64,000 bases of DNA from Monocercomonoides exilis PA203 (taxonomy: Eukaryota > Protista > Preaxostyla). Every line of letters starts with the position of its first letter. Positions within the stretch are counted from its first letter, which is position 1. The stretch lies in NCBI GenBank assembly GCA_001643675.2, contig LSRY02000002.1:1-64000 (forward strand). The letters run 5' to 3'. This document shows, piece by piece, positions 46,601 through 60,186 of the stretch. The notes beneath the pieces are model-generated. The model was not told where the DNA came from and did not search any database. It worked only from the letters and a program-made list of their open reading frames with translations. The position numbers and the translations under genes were made by a program.

Positions 46601-49600
46601 CTTGTAGCCACTGCCCACACGCCCACTCTGCCCACATCAGCCAAGCTGTAAGTTATGACCGATAAAAAGATACAGCCCAACGAAGTTGGTTTTCCAGTCT
46701 GTTTTCCCAATGAAAAAAGTGAGTGTCTGACCCACCCAGCCAGAAGGACACACAGGCGCCCAGCAGCACCCTGCCCAGCGTGCAGCCACAGTCTGTGCGC
46801 ACACTGTCACTTTTGTTTCTGGAGCTCTGGCTCCAACACCTGAGTTTCTATAACCACCGGAACATTGTACCCTCAGTCACTTTTTCTGACTGGGGAAATA
46901 TATGATACGTCAAATAGAGCCAGGCCAAGCCACAGGGCCTGCCCAGCCATAGGCCCAGCACATAGCCCGCCTCACTCGCTCCTTGCCCTGTGGCCTTTGC
47001 AAGCCCTGCCCATCAGCCCTTCCACAGATATCCTCCACTCAACTCCTTTTTCAGTCAAACTCAAATTGAGTCTGTGAGTTTTTCGAAAAAGATGGCACTT
47101 CGAGGTCGGGCAGTCAATATCACATAGAAAAATCATCATAGAAAAAATTCAATTTTCATAGAAAAAATATAATAACTGATGTGTGGTGAAATATCTGCTA
47201 GGCCAATCTCTTAGCAATTACACCACATCCTACCCCCACTAACATTCCCCAACATATCCCTCTAACTTTAGTTACTTGCCCTCCCTTCACTCTCCACAGC
47301 ATCACCAAGTCAATACCCCCCAGTCATTTTTCTATGTGAAAATTCAGAACCGAACTCAAAACAACTAGCCGCTCGGATTTCTCAGCAACCACTGGGCCGA
47401 TCGAAACCCCGTTTGGCCACATCCGGGCATGGGTAACTGTGCCGGTCATATGTGTTTCGATTCAGCCACTTGCCTCTGGTTCGCTCTCTGTGACTTCACC
47501 AACCAGGCACCCCCAGTCAACTTCAAATTTTTTATTTCTTTTCTGGACAGCCTGCCAGACCCCCGCAGCCAACACCCATATGCATGCTATTACCGCACTA
47601 TATGCACATATATCATGTATTAATATCAAATTTATCTGGCCATTACTTCTGGTGTTATACTCGATTTACCTCAAAAATGACCATTTTCACTCAAAAATTC
47701 GATTATAACTCAGAAACTACAGATAAATGTATCCAACAAAAAATCACCAATATACAACATTACAATGCATATTCATCCATGGAATCATATTTTATATCCA
47801 CTTTGAAATTTTCGAGAAAAAAAATTTTTTTCGATTTTTCAGTCAAAATCACAAACTTGTCCGAACTGCCCTGCCACAACCGCTCGGTAGAAAAAATTTA
47901 GATACGAGTATGTTTATAAGGGGCCCACGTCCTTGCCACCTGCCAATTATCAAAGGAATCTGAGACCCCACATTTTTCGGTCGTTGATCTAAGATCACCA
48001 CTTTTTCAGTCAAAAACTTCATATGACATTTTCTCACTAACCAGACCAATCTGGCCCGAGAAAAAAATTCAGCGGACTATTCGCGAATTATCCGAACTTT
48101 TTGTGTTTTCATAAGTTTCGATCACAACTTTCATAAAAACCGATTTTCACCAATTTTTCATTTTTTCTGACTTACTTGAGCTAAATTCAACTTAATCAGA
48201 AAAAATGAAAATTTCGCATTTTTCGAATTTTTGACCATGACTTCAAAAATTCATAAATGGTCCAACTAACACTTCTGTAAAGTCTCACGACTTAGAAAAA
48301 TTTATTTATCGAGATATTAAAATTTCTTTTAAAAAAATTTTGACTGAAAATTTTTTATTTAACATATCATTCCACAATTTGAATCAATTAATTTCTGATT
48401 TTAATATCAATCAATTCCTCTCATATTATTACCTATATACGTAACTTTTCATCAACCACTAATTCCTACTTCTTATGAAAAAAATATTTTTTTGAAAAAA
48501 AAAGTTTGATCAAGATCAAAACCATTTTTCTATGTTAAGAATTCGACTTCTCAAAAACAGTTAGTTACCAATCTCCCTATATACTATTACATTCCCCACC
48601 CCTCATAACCTATACAAAATATTATTTTCAAATTTATCTGTTCATGGAATAAATAGAAAAATATTAATTAAGATAAAAAATTATGGAAAAAAAATTATTT
48701 CATAAGATAATTTCTTTTAATATTAAAAATAAAAATAATAGAGAGATATTATATGATGACTATTTATTTGAAAATAAAATTGAGATGAATTGAAAGTTAT
48801 AAAAAAATGAAAAAATTAATTTTTGTTCGAAAAATGAATGAAAAAATGAAAATATTTTTTTATCTTCAAAATGGAATGACAGACTTGCATCAAATAAATA
48901 TATTATAAACTATATCATTTAAACATTATATGTGAATTTTTTTGCTGGAAGTTCTTTCTTTGTTATTGAGATAAAAAATTTTTTTAGAAATAAACTATAT
49001 TTAAAAAAATTATAGCTTCTCAAATAAAAAGATATATTGGATAGAAAAAATATATAATATAATAGATATAATAAAGATGATAATTATATATAAGAACATT
49101 GATATTGATGGTTGGTTCTGAGCAAACAAAAAAGTATCTTATTTTTGTTGATATTTCAGAATGTTATTTTTTCATTATTATTCAACCACAACTAACAATA
49201 TCCTCACAATTATATCATCACAATTAATATTATCATATCATACATCTTTCATCCAATTTTCATCAAAATCAAATAAACAAAAAATTTTATAAAAAAAATA
49301 TAAAGAATAAAAAAAAAATTATGATCATAACTTCATTATCACTCATCAGATTTTAATAAAAATTATATCAAATGATAAGAAAAGAAGAGAAGCTAAAAAG
49401 ATATTTCATCACAAAAATATTGTATTTTTTTTATAAAAAATAACACAAAAATATCGATTTTCTCAATAGAAAATGACCCCTTTTTTTATCTATTTTTCAA
49501 AATTTTCTCGCTAACCGCGAGGTCAGGGTCACATCATCTCGCGCTACTGCTCCGGTAGCGCTCGCTGGATGAAATCTGCGCACATCATTCCTGCGCGCAG

Positions 49601-50544
49601 ATATTCATCCATCTCGCGAAGGTCACAGAAAAAGATTGAAAAAATTTTCAAAGTTACAAGTTATAAATCAATAATAATATTTAGGGGGGGAGCAGCAAAA
49701 ATTTTCAATGAAAATTTGAAAACCCTCAAATTTGAACATCACAGGATGAACAATTTTGTGGGGTCAACTCAAAGAAAGTTTCACTTTTTTTGGGGAAGAA
49801 AGAGTCCCACCCAAATGGCCGACGCGCCACACGGCAAAAGTTCGGTCGCTTTCGCTCCCCGCCCTTTTGCCGCGTTTGTCGCGCGGCCCCCACCCCTCGA
49901 GGCTGTTTCTTCCTTATTCCTTTATTTTTCACCTCATTTTTTTCTATTTTTTGGAGATCAGAAACTTTTTTTGAAAGAGTCATTTTTTTCACCCCCAAAA
50001 TCGTTATCCTTGAGTCAATTTTTTTACTCAAATAACTTCAAAGAAATGAAGAATTAACCATTAAGATTAATATCGTCATTTCTTTGAAGGAGTTTCTTTT
50101 AACTCCTCAAAAGGGAGGATAGAAACTTTTTTCATTTTCTGTCATTTTTGACCTATTTTTTCCGATTTTCATTGACCGAAATATCACAAGTCAACAAACA
50201 AAAAAATTACTCAAAGTTTTCATCATTTAAACCACAATGGATGACCACATTGTTGTTTAAACCCTTTCACTTTTTCCCACATTGGATTCCCTCAAATTCC
50301 CATTTATTTTTTCCTTTCCCAAAAATAAAAAAAAGAACAGTTATTTTGGGGGGTAGTACTTCATCCATGGTATTATTAAGGCATTCCAATCATCCGTCGT
50401 TAACGTTTTTTTTCAATGTTTTTATATTCAATAATTCATACGTTTTCAAGTTGAAAAGAGAATATCTATGAATTTTAAAACATTTACTTGTGGGTAAGTT
50501 AATTAACGGACTTTTTTTTCTTATCCTACTTAGTCAAAAATTTA
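43606..50544. other. rDNA intergenic spacer 3, ~6.9 kb (989-bp deletion upstream of the SSU)
   Basis: Homologous to spacers 1 and 2; deletion junction at 43973-43983. Confidence 0.9.
44184..46286. repeat. Foldback-like module, spacer 3 copy
   Basis: Same inverted arms and palindromes as 9476-11945. Confidence 0.9.
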
Positions 50545-50699
50545 TAATTGGACAATATTCAGAGTTAAGCCTCAGTAAATCGTGCAAACAAAACACTCTG
50601 AGACGCACAGCCCTCTGATAACAAGGATTCGTCTAATCCGTCCTTCTCAGGCATGACCCCTTTACCAATATTCTCATTTATCTTTACAATAGCCAGGCA
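50545..50699 (-). pseudogene. LSU rRNA 3'-terminal remnant (~155 nt) marking the inner edge of the array
   Basis: Matches 33729 onward up to ...TTTACAATAGCCAGGCA, then switches abruptly to unique sequence. Confidence 0.92.
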
Positions 50700-52745
50700 A
50701 AAAAGTCCATTATACAAGTGTAAATATTAATGATGTTTTTTTAGCAGCATGTCATGAATGGTCAAAAATCCATACAACTTCATCTTCATCTTTTTGTAAA
50801 GAGTAATATTCATGAAAATGAAATGTTTTTATAAAGAATTCATTTTGAAGAAAAATATGATCTTGATACATACTAGATTACATGATTAAGTGAAAACAAC
50901 AGCTTTGTAAATGAGATGATGATGTTTTGCTAATTAGTTGAATATTTGAGTAGTCATCTGCATGTTATTTTCCATTGCAATACGTATAACCAGTTTGAGT
51001 GTTTTTATTTGTGGATTTTTCTTAACATTCATTATTAGCCAATTTTGTTTGAAGAATAGACATTTTCATTCATCTTGAACATCAATCTGAAATATTTGGG
51101 TCATGTTTCATAATTAATCAGTAACAAAAATCCATGACCTTTTGCTACAACAGCGTGAGAATTCTTTTAATCTGGAGTGTTCGAGTGATGCAAAAATTTC
51201 AACGCAGGACAATGAAAATGCAGTTCTGGAATATATTTTGTATGCTTATTTTTATATGATTTTTTGGAGATCGACATTTACCTATTCTGAAAAATATTGT
51301 ATTTATATAATTTTTGACATATAATGACACACAGACCGATTACTACCAAAATTCTCGGGAAATTTCATGAATATTGTTGCTCAGGACAACTTAATTGTGC
51401 TTTATTTGCTATAAAAAACGGAAAGCAATTTCAACTATTCAAATTTGCTTATGAATGAAATTTTGATCAACTCGGAAAATAACTTTGACGCTGGTGCTCG
51501 GCCATTTCCCAGCCACTTGCTGTCATGAAGACTTTTCTGGATTCGATTAACGTATATACGAATAAAGTGTTCTATATTTGGATTGAGGCTACTCATTATG
51601 AAGTCATCTTTCGAAAAATGACGCAAAGTGTACTCTTCCGGAAGCGTGTTGACATCAAAGCTGAATGATATATGATCAAAGAAAACTGCTGAAAAAGTAG
51701 TATTTTAGATGTACAACTGTTTCTTCGTATAATTCTTCACAAATTTAGCCTCTTCCTGTTATCAATCGACATATCTGTACATTCATACTCATCTAAAATT
51801 ATCTTCATAATTCCTATACATTTGCAACCTGCAATGAGAATTATTCTTCATTCTCCCGGGGAATTTTAAATCTGAAATGGAAGTGTTGCAATAAAGAAAC
51901 GAAGGAAAATGAAGAGAAATGAAAACGAAAAATTATAAAAGAAGATGCTTGAGAAAACGCAACAATTTTGCAAAAGATCTGTTGTATGCTCAACAATTTC
52001 CAAATGAGGTTGACGAATGAAAGCCCGGAATCATTTAGAAGCATAATGAAAGAGGTCTTTTAAGGCACGACAAACAAACATCAGCTGTTATTAACAAAAA
52101 GGCATGTTGGCTTTTGGAGGGAAAACTTAAGAACAAGGAGCATTCGCCATAGCAAATTCTTTTTGGAAATCAAACCGTCCTTGTATAGAATAAAAGTTAA
52201 GCATTTCTTATGTATGCTTTTCCAATTTAGCACATTTCGATAACTGAATGATAATTGCAATTTCTTCTTTTAAAGCTTTTTTCTTTTTTCTCATAAAAAT
52301 CCTGTTCAACTTTACTCAAAAAGAAAGCACCTTATTCAGCGCTATCTCTTCATTCTTCTTTTCATTCTTCATTTTCTTCGCTCTTTTCAGGTTCTTTGAA
52401 TTTGAATGAATTCAAAGAAAGATTCGGAAACGGTGAAAAATATCAACTCCAAAAGCGCTAAAGAGGTAATGCAATAATCTTTAACAAAATAAGTGAACTC
52501 TGTATTTTATAAAAGTCTTTTTTTCAAAGATTGATGACACAAATCATTGGAAGAAGATTTTTGTTGGAAAATAAGAATGATTTGAATTAATGTCAATTGT
52601 TTCTTTTATCTTTTTGTGTTTTGATTCTTTTCAAAGAAGTGAAAAAAGTCTTTCAAAAAAAGCCTCAAACGAATGGCTTTTATTTTATGAAACAAAGAAA
52701 AATGAATATGTACGTAAATTACAAAATGAAATGGGTTTCATTTCC

Positions 52746-54232
52746 TCAATAATCCTCAAAAAGGATATAGAAATTATCAAAACTATTGAAAAAGTCTTTT
52801 TCGAAATAATGTTCAAAAACATGTTGATAGCTTGTAATTAAGTCTTCCATTCCTTCTTCTTCCATCATTTCAAATATCACCTTTTTAAGTGTCTTTCTTT
52901 TCGCTTCTTCAACTTTTCTAGTCTTAAGTTCCAATATTCTTGAAACTTTCAAAATATCATGCAAATATTCTTCATTTACTCTGTCACATTTTTTTAATCG
53001 CGGAAACATCTCCAAAAACAGATTAAATGCTCCTCCCTTTAGCAACACATCAACACTATCGATTCTAAAGGAAAGCATAGTGTTAAAAATTTTGCTGCTC
53101 CATATTAATATATCTGAATCATAGTCTCCCATTGTTCTGCACATCCTAACAAGATACCGAATCAGTTCAATATTTTCCTCATTCCGCAATCTGTAATTAT
53201 AAAACATTAAATAAACATTGTGAAGCCAACTCAGTTGGATCATTTGCAAATCTTCTATTTTTGTTTTTTCAGCCCCTTCCTTTTCCATCCTATCGATGCA
53301 TCTTGAAAGCTCTCCCAACTCAGTTATTGCTTCTCTGTGAAAATGAAGCTCATTCAGAAGTTTTTCCCCCAATTCTTTTCTGCACCGAAATTTATACACA
53401 AAAAAATGCCAAGCAGATTGATAAGCAAGCTGAGTGAGATTGTGATGCTCTTGATGATATTTGATGATTTCGATAATCTCATTCGAGAACAGCCCTTTAT
53501 CCAGTTTCTTATAAAATATATGAAAATCATCAAAATATGAATGAAAAAGAAAAAGAAAAAGAAAAAATCAATAATGTCAAAAAGGAAACGTGAATGTTCA
53601 TACATCCTGTCCATCCACACAAGACAATGCTAACAATGCCATTTCCGCCTCTTTTTGAACCTCCTGACTTTTATTATTCTTCGAAGCAATTTTCAGAAGG
53701 CAATTTTCACAAATATGTATTAATCTTTCTGTGGTATATATTTTTCTATTCAAAAGATAACATTCGCATAGATCAACCAAGAGTTTTTCATTCTTTTCTT
53801 CTTCCTTTTCTTCTTCTTCGATAATCATCCTTTCAATTCTTTTTCTCAATAAGGTAAAATCAAAATAAATAATCTGAATGCCATCCCAAGCATTGAAATA
53901 TCCCAAATACTTCAGTAACAAAAGGGTATTTTCCAATGATATTTTTTTTTCTTCAATCATTCCGTTGATTTTATCTGCAAATTCGTATGTGCGACCGTCT
54001 TCAGATAATTTATAATTGTATTCATTTAAAAATTTGTTCATTTCTTCAATTTTCTGAATTTGTTCATTTTCAGAACAATTTTCAAGTTCATTCAAAAACC
54101 CTTCAAAAGCAATCAATAGAATTAACAACTGAATGTTAAAACAACAGAAAAAACGAACGAACCTGAAAATATCTCTGAAATGTATGGCTTCTCACTTCTA
54201 TCTTCAGTTTTGTTGTCAGTGCGCTTTTCCAT
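52746..54232 (-). CDS. Hypothetical ~442-aa protein of a lineage-expanded family; exons 54232-54163, 54100-53604, 53507-52746
   Basis: ATG at 54232 (MEKRTDNKTE...). Two GT..AG introns (62 and 96 nt) join the frames without stops. Shares EKLLVDLCECYL, EAEMALLALS, HHNLTQLAYQSAW and MEEEGMED motifs with the paralogue at 58943-60186. Confidence 0.82.
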
Positions 54233-55280
54233 TCTATATTTTTGTAAGCAATGATAAATTTACCACAAAATTTCATTTGAAAAAAAAATTCACAAAAATT
54301 CCAAACATTCTTTATTATCTTGCAAAACGGCAATTGATAGTTCAACAGCAATTGCTTAACTTTTTAAAAAGGAAAAGATAAAAATGAAAGTGAAATGAAG
54401 CAAATGAACTTGATAGTATTAGATAAAACCACTAAGCTTTTGTTTCTCTTTGATCAAACCAATAGTTTTTGAAAATGAAAGTTGAATTACATTTTCTTTA
54501 AACTTTTATAACTTGATTAAATTCTTCTTATATCATATTATTATAAAGCAAAGAAAGGCGATTAAAACAATTATGAATGGATTAAAAGTCAACGTCAGAA
54601 CATTTGGACATCAAATAAATATATGGATGTAAATATGTTTATTTAAATTTTTAATTTATTCAAATGGGACAAAATATATTGATTTATGAATTTTGTTCCA
54701 TTCTTCTCTAACAAATATTTATCTCAATTTTTGAATTTTTCTGTAACTATTTGCATAGTTACGGTTGATTTATAATGAAATGATTGTAGAAAAAGTTTGG
54801 AACAAATCTCAGTTTATTTCATAATTGCAAAAATTTTGCCCCAAATGATAAAAAAAGAATAAAAAATAATTCTCACAAAATTGCTAACATTTCCTCCCCA
54901 AAAAAGATAATATCACTGGTGATTATTTCACATTCAATAAATTTCAAATGTTGTTAATTTATAAAAGAATCAAATATTTGTCAAAATTTTGTAAAAAATA
55001 AATAAAAACAATAATTTTCAAGAATTGAAAAAGACAGCACTCCGGTTATAAAATGAGTTGTGGCAAATAAAAAATTAACACAAATAAAATGCATTCACAT
55101 AAAACAACAAAATAAAATATTTTTTTGCGATATTTGCCACGCCATTATCATCTTTCTTAATGAAAAGCAATCAATTTTAAAACAAAAATACTTCATGCAT
55201 TCACAAATCAAAACATGTTTCACAAAAAATATAAATATCATTGAACAAATGATGTGTAAGACTCCAATTCCGAAATTTTT

Positions 55281-57711
55281 TTATTTGATCGAACTAGAAT
55301 TCTCCGACTGTTCATAAGGAACCAGTTCTATGCCAGAAACAGTTGTTGCTGCTGTTGTTGAAGGGTTGGGTATCTTGGCTGTGTATCCTTGTGAGCTTTC
55401 ATCGCTATCATTTTGAGTGCTGCCTGTTCTTGTTAACCGCTCGCTATCTATATCATAATCTGACACTTCGTCGATGTCAATTGCATCAGAATAAGTCAAT
55501 TGAGCAGCGCTGGCTGGGAAATGCTGGATAAACTCGCGCTTCAGACTTGCAAGTGAAAGCCGTTCTTCAGTGTTTGATGAGAGGCAAGATTTCACGATAT
55601 CCTCGAATGAAGATGTTAATAATAACCCATAGTCTACTCTTTCATCATTCTTTATCTTTGCTCCTGCTGTTTCGGAATCGTACTTTGCAAATGGGATCTG
55701 AAGCATCACTCCCGTAGTATCATACCAATTGTGAATGATACGCTCTTATTTGTTGCTCCTCCCTTCATATTCCATAAAAGCTCGGGCGCCTTCTACTGTA
55801 GGTTTTCGTTGTCAATAGTCTCATCTTCAAAGGCGCTGGACTTCGTTTTTTCTTTTTTCTCTCTTTTTTCATAGCATTTATTTCCTTCGCAATATGAAAT
55901 GGAACTTAACCCGTCTGTGGAAGAAGAGTCGACAGAAGACAAATCGCCGCTATCTTCTGAAGAAAACCCAGAGTTTAGCGCAATCACAACTACCATGTGT
56001 TCAGAGAACAGCACTATATGCGGAGAAAGTGAGTCCAAACAAAAAGATAATCCGCGATCCTGCTCGAAGGAATGCAGCGCACCATTCGCCACCCAAAACA
56101 GAATCTGGACAGCTGTCGCTTCTCTCTGCTCCATCGTGCCTATCGCCATCTCCTTCTTCTCGTTCTTCCCGTGAAGTAACATGAACAACGAATCTCTCAG
56201 ATCCACAATCATCTTTTCATATGGCGATTCGCGCGCCATTCCATCCACAAAGCTCGACATGGATGAAGTGGTTGGACACAGATCCTCCTCTCGAATAAAA
56301 GAAGAATCTGAATCAGTTGTTAATGTGGATGAGATGGATGGAGATGGTGTTCGTTTTCTCGTTTCGTCCTCGATCTCTTTCTCATCGATTTTCTCTAGCA
56401 TCCATTGAGGGATCTTGTCTGAATCCCTCCCCAAAATATATACAGTTGATTCACTTTCACTCAGCAAACGCTGAACTAAACTTCCTTGATGAACTGAGCC
56501 AATTGAATAAACAATGTTTCGAGATTGAAAGGCTCCCGATGATATAAGTGCAGAATTCGCGGTTCCTGCAATTCTGTCAATCGTAACTGTGGCGTTTACT
56601 GTTGATTCATTTCTTCTAATGGCAACATTCGATACATCTGTTCCAGAGGAAGACACAGTAACTGTGCCATTTGCCTTGATTGTGGGAGAAGATCCATTTA
56701 GGAGTTGAACAGCCTGCGTAATTGACCTGCACTGAGCGATTACTGATCAGCAATACTTCCCATCGCCTTGCGACGCATTTTAGGAGTGAATTATCGCTCA
56801 TGTGTATCCAAAGATAAACGGAATCAAGTCAAAATCCACCTGAAATGTGGCATTATCACTTCCAAACCACGCATTCGTTCTATTCGGAACATACGTCGAA
56901 GTTGCTGCTGCTGAATAATAAGAATCAAGATTTGCGTTTGGCAATGAAGGAACGAATATAAAAACATCTCGTCCAAAATACACTTCATTCAACGAGAACT
57001 TGCAGCTGCTTATCGAAATTTTTGATAGAGATCCGCTTGTTGAGAAGTACAATGATCCTCCTCCTCCATTGCTTGAACTAACATAGCAACTTGTAAATGT
57101 GGTGTTAGAAAAGCAAATTTGAGAATCATCAGCGTTTAAGGACAGCGCATCAACATTTGTACCAATTGAATTAAGACTTGAAATTGATGATATTGAACAG
57201 TTATTAAGTGCAAGGGATTTCGGAAGATTGCCTGCACTGAAAACAGTGGAATAATTTTTTGATGAGGTGATATTCGTAAAATTGCATAACGAGAATGTTT
57301 CCTTCGTCGCTCCACTTGTCATTTGAATTAATGAATTGATTGCTAATCTAATATTCTTTGTTGTCACACGACTGAATGAATGGGTTCCATCAACAAAATA
57401 AAACAAACAATAAGATAAGAATGTGGTCCAGATGCTTGGTGTTGAAATCGTAAAGTCAGAAACAGAAATGTTGTTATTATCAGAAGTACCACTCACAATC
57501 CCGCAAGAATTTTTATTTACATTAATCGTAAAAGTGGAAATTGAATGTTAACAGCTTCAGAAATAGAAATCATCGTTCCAATGTAACTATTCAAATTAAA
57601 AATTACTTTTGTATGACTTTCTCCGAACGCGTCCACTTTCCCTCTTGCTGCATTAATTGTCCAATATTCTTTCTCATTGTAAGTTCCGTTTAGAACTTTT
57701 ATTCTCTTCAA
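55281..57711 (-). pseudogene. Fragmented gene: Ser/Thr/Asn-rich extracellular-type region plus degenerate protein-kinase-like C-terminus
   Basis: Several consecutive minus-strand ORFs in different frames. The kinase-like stretch reads ENLQ*KAPELL..GATNKSVSFTIGMILRE/MLQIPF..ERV..IVKSCLSSNTEERLSL, with an in-frame TAG at 55793-55795 and a frameshift near 55709. Confidence 0.75.
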
Positions 57712-58942
57712 ATAATTTGATCTTCGATTGACGATGGCTGTGTTTACTGATTTTCAAGCAACGTTAGCGCTTAACTTGCAAGTAACTGTTATGTACAATT
57801 GACTGCGACAATCTGATAATCGTCCATTTTTATAAGCTTTGAATAATTTGTTCCAGCAATATAAACTCTATTTCCGTCATTGTCCGTAAAGCATGACAAA
57901 AAACTTAAATTTAAAATCCCTGTTGTCAAATTAATTTTATTGAAGTAAAAATTTGTTCTTAAATCAATAGTAGCCTTGTAATTGAAAAACTCACATTATT
58001 ACAAACAAAATTTTGCAACAGGCAATTGAAAGAAAGCTTTTGAGCAATGCCTCTATGAAAATGATCGTGAACAAGGTTAATGTGGATAAAATCAATTGTG
58101 AAGAAAAATTGAATGAACAATTGTCGCTTGAAAAAATGATATTTCCTTTCACTTTAGTTGCGATGAACGTAAAAAACGGAAATGATAGATTATCTTGTAA
58201 CTCTTATCCATGAGCGCAAAAGAAACGAAGAGCAGTTGGTAATTCGTAAAAACAAATAACATAGAATCAATAATATTTTTTTTTTCTTTGTGAAACGATA
58301 TTCTTTAACTTTGAGGTAAAAGGTATCCCCATTTGTTAAATACAATGTCTATAGAAATATTAAAAAAGAAGAAATTTTTTTTTTGGAATATACATTGTTT
58401 TCATCATAAAATTTTCTCGCTAATTTATAACAATGATAATTTTGAGTAAATGAAATCGTAAAACTCAAATTTAGCAGTTATTAATCATCTAATTAATTAT
58501 TATGGAAAATACTGCTTATTGCTAAATCATTGTTTATATTGATGGCGTTCACAAATGAAAATTGATTCAAAGATTATATTTTTTATGAACCATTATTACA
58601 TAAAAAGAATTTCACACAGACTTAGATATTTGACTCATTGGAATTGTTATATGCCAAAGGTTACGACATTGATTTTGAGATTTTTATTTCTTATAAATGC
58701 TGTATAAAATTATTGTTGTAAATATTTCCGAATCCGTTAATCTTCAATCCTGCGATTTTCATTGAATTGGTGATTGCGTTGTGCTTCTGAAATTAAAACA
58801 GGCTTCAGAAAGCAAAAGATTTAAAGGTATTGTTTTTTAAATAAAATTAACGATTTGCTAAACATTTGAATTCATTTTTGAAGGAATTTTTTCCGAGCTC
58901 AGAAATTGTTCTGACGTAAAGCAAATTCGGAAAATAAATGAA

Positions 58943-60186
58943 ATGAATAGTATTTCTATTATGATGGATGGCAATGAACAAGAAACTCTCTTTACCGAAG
59001 AAATGTTCAATGAAATAGAAATTATGATTGAAAAAACTCGATTATCTGTGGAAAATGCAATATTGTTATTAAAACATTTCGGACATATAAATGTGCTAAA
59101 GTCATTGGGTAACAATTTTTTCCAACGGTCTTTATTATGCTCAAGATTTGAAAAGATGATTGAAGAAGAAGAAAAGAAAGAAGACGAAAAAGACGAAACT
59201 CTTCTTGTTGATCTTTGCGAATGCTATCTTTCTTTGCATCATTATTCAGGTGAAACTGGAGAAATACTTTCAATTATAGTCCCTTGCCTTTTGAATATTG
59301 CATTGAACAAGGAAGAAAGCGAAGAAGCTCAAATAGAAGTGGAAATGGCTTTGGTGTCATTGAGTAACATAAGCTGGAATGCAGTATGAATACAATAATT
59401 TCCTTTGTTCATTTATTGTTTCTTGATTAATTTTATAAGAAAGTGAAAGAAGAATTGTATTTGAATGAGATCAAAGATATAATACAACATCATCAAAAGC
59501 GCCACAACCTCACTCGATTTGCATATCAGTCTGCTTGGAAATTTTTGATAAACAGATTTAGCAATAACAAAGGATTAGGAGATATTATTGTGATTGATTT
59601 ACATTTTGCAAGAGAAGCCACAAGGGAATTAGAAGAGATGGAAAGGCATATGGATTGGAATAAGAAGAATAAAGTGGAAACCGAAATGAAAGAAATGTGG
59701 ATGATAAAAAATTGGCATGATACACTTCGTATCTGCATTCAATGCAACAATTTGAGTTGTAAAGGAAATACAGATCTGTTTGCATGTCTTGCAAAACTAT
59801 GTAAAAGTGCAGCATACATAGATTGGGATATGTTTCAAACCTATCTTAATATTTTGTCCAGTTTATTTTATCCAACTATAGAAAACGCTGAATATTTAGT
59901 TCGTGGAGGAGCTCTTGATGCTGTTTTAAACGAAATGTGTAGGTTTTCATTTGTTTTTGACTTAGCAACGTTATATGCGCATTTACCCTATTCACTTTTT
60001 CGAGTCTTTGAAGAGAAAGTTGATAAAAATTATTCAATGATATTAAAGAAGATAAAAAGAGAGGCATTTGAAAAGTTGGAGGAAGAAGGATATGAAGATA
60101 TTGTATTCAGTTTTACAATCCAAATTATCGGGCGACTCTTCTCTTATCGTCCTATTGACATCTCTATTTATTTATTGATATTTTAA
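58943..60186 (+). CDS. Hypothetical protein, paralogue of 52746-54232; exons 58943-59383 and 59440-60186 (5' end uncertain)
   Basis: Phase-0 intron 59384-59439 (GTATGA..TTTTATAAG). Homology continues upstream through a second intron 58827-58883 (SKRFK|GIFSELRNCSD), but that exon has no ATG before a TGA at 58763. Confidence 0.75.

Noticed and set aside
48288-48303. Match to the Tetrahymena rDNA topoisomerase I site (GACTTAGAAAAATTT)
   Set aside because: Present in only one of three spacers (the others read GGCTTAG and GGCTTGG) in AT-rich DNA; likely chance.
51400-52050. Short ORFs next to the rDNA junction (51435, 51841)
   Set aside because: Possibly decayed gene fragments, but no recognisable motif or consistent exon structure.
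55793-55795. In-frame TAG as evidence for a TAR=Gln genetic code (known in the oxymonad Streblomastix)
   Set aside because: It falls at an expected Trp (W-x-APE) in a gene that is also frameshifted; TAA ends the 60186 gene at the same point as its paralogue's TGA, and the long ORFs contain no internal TAR.
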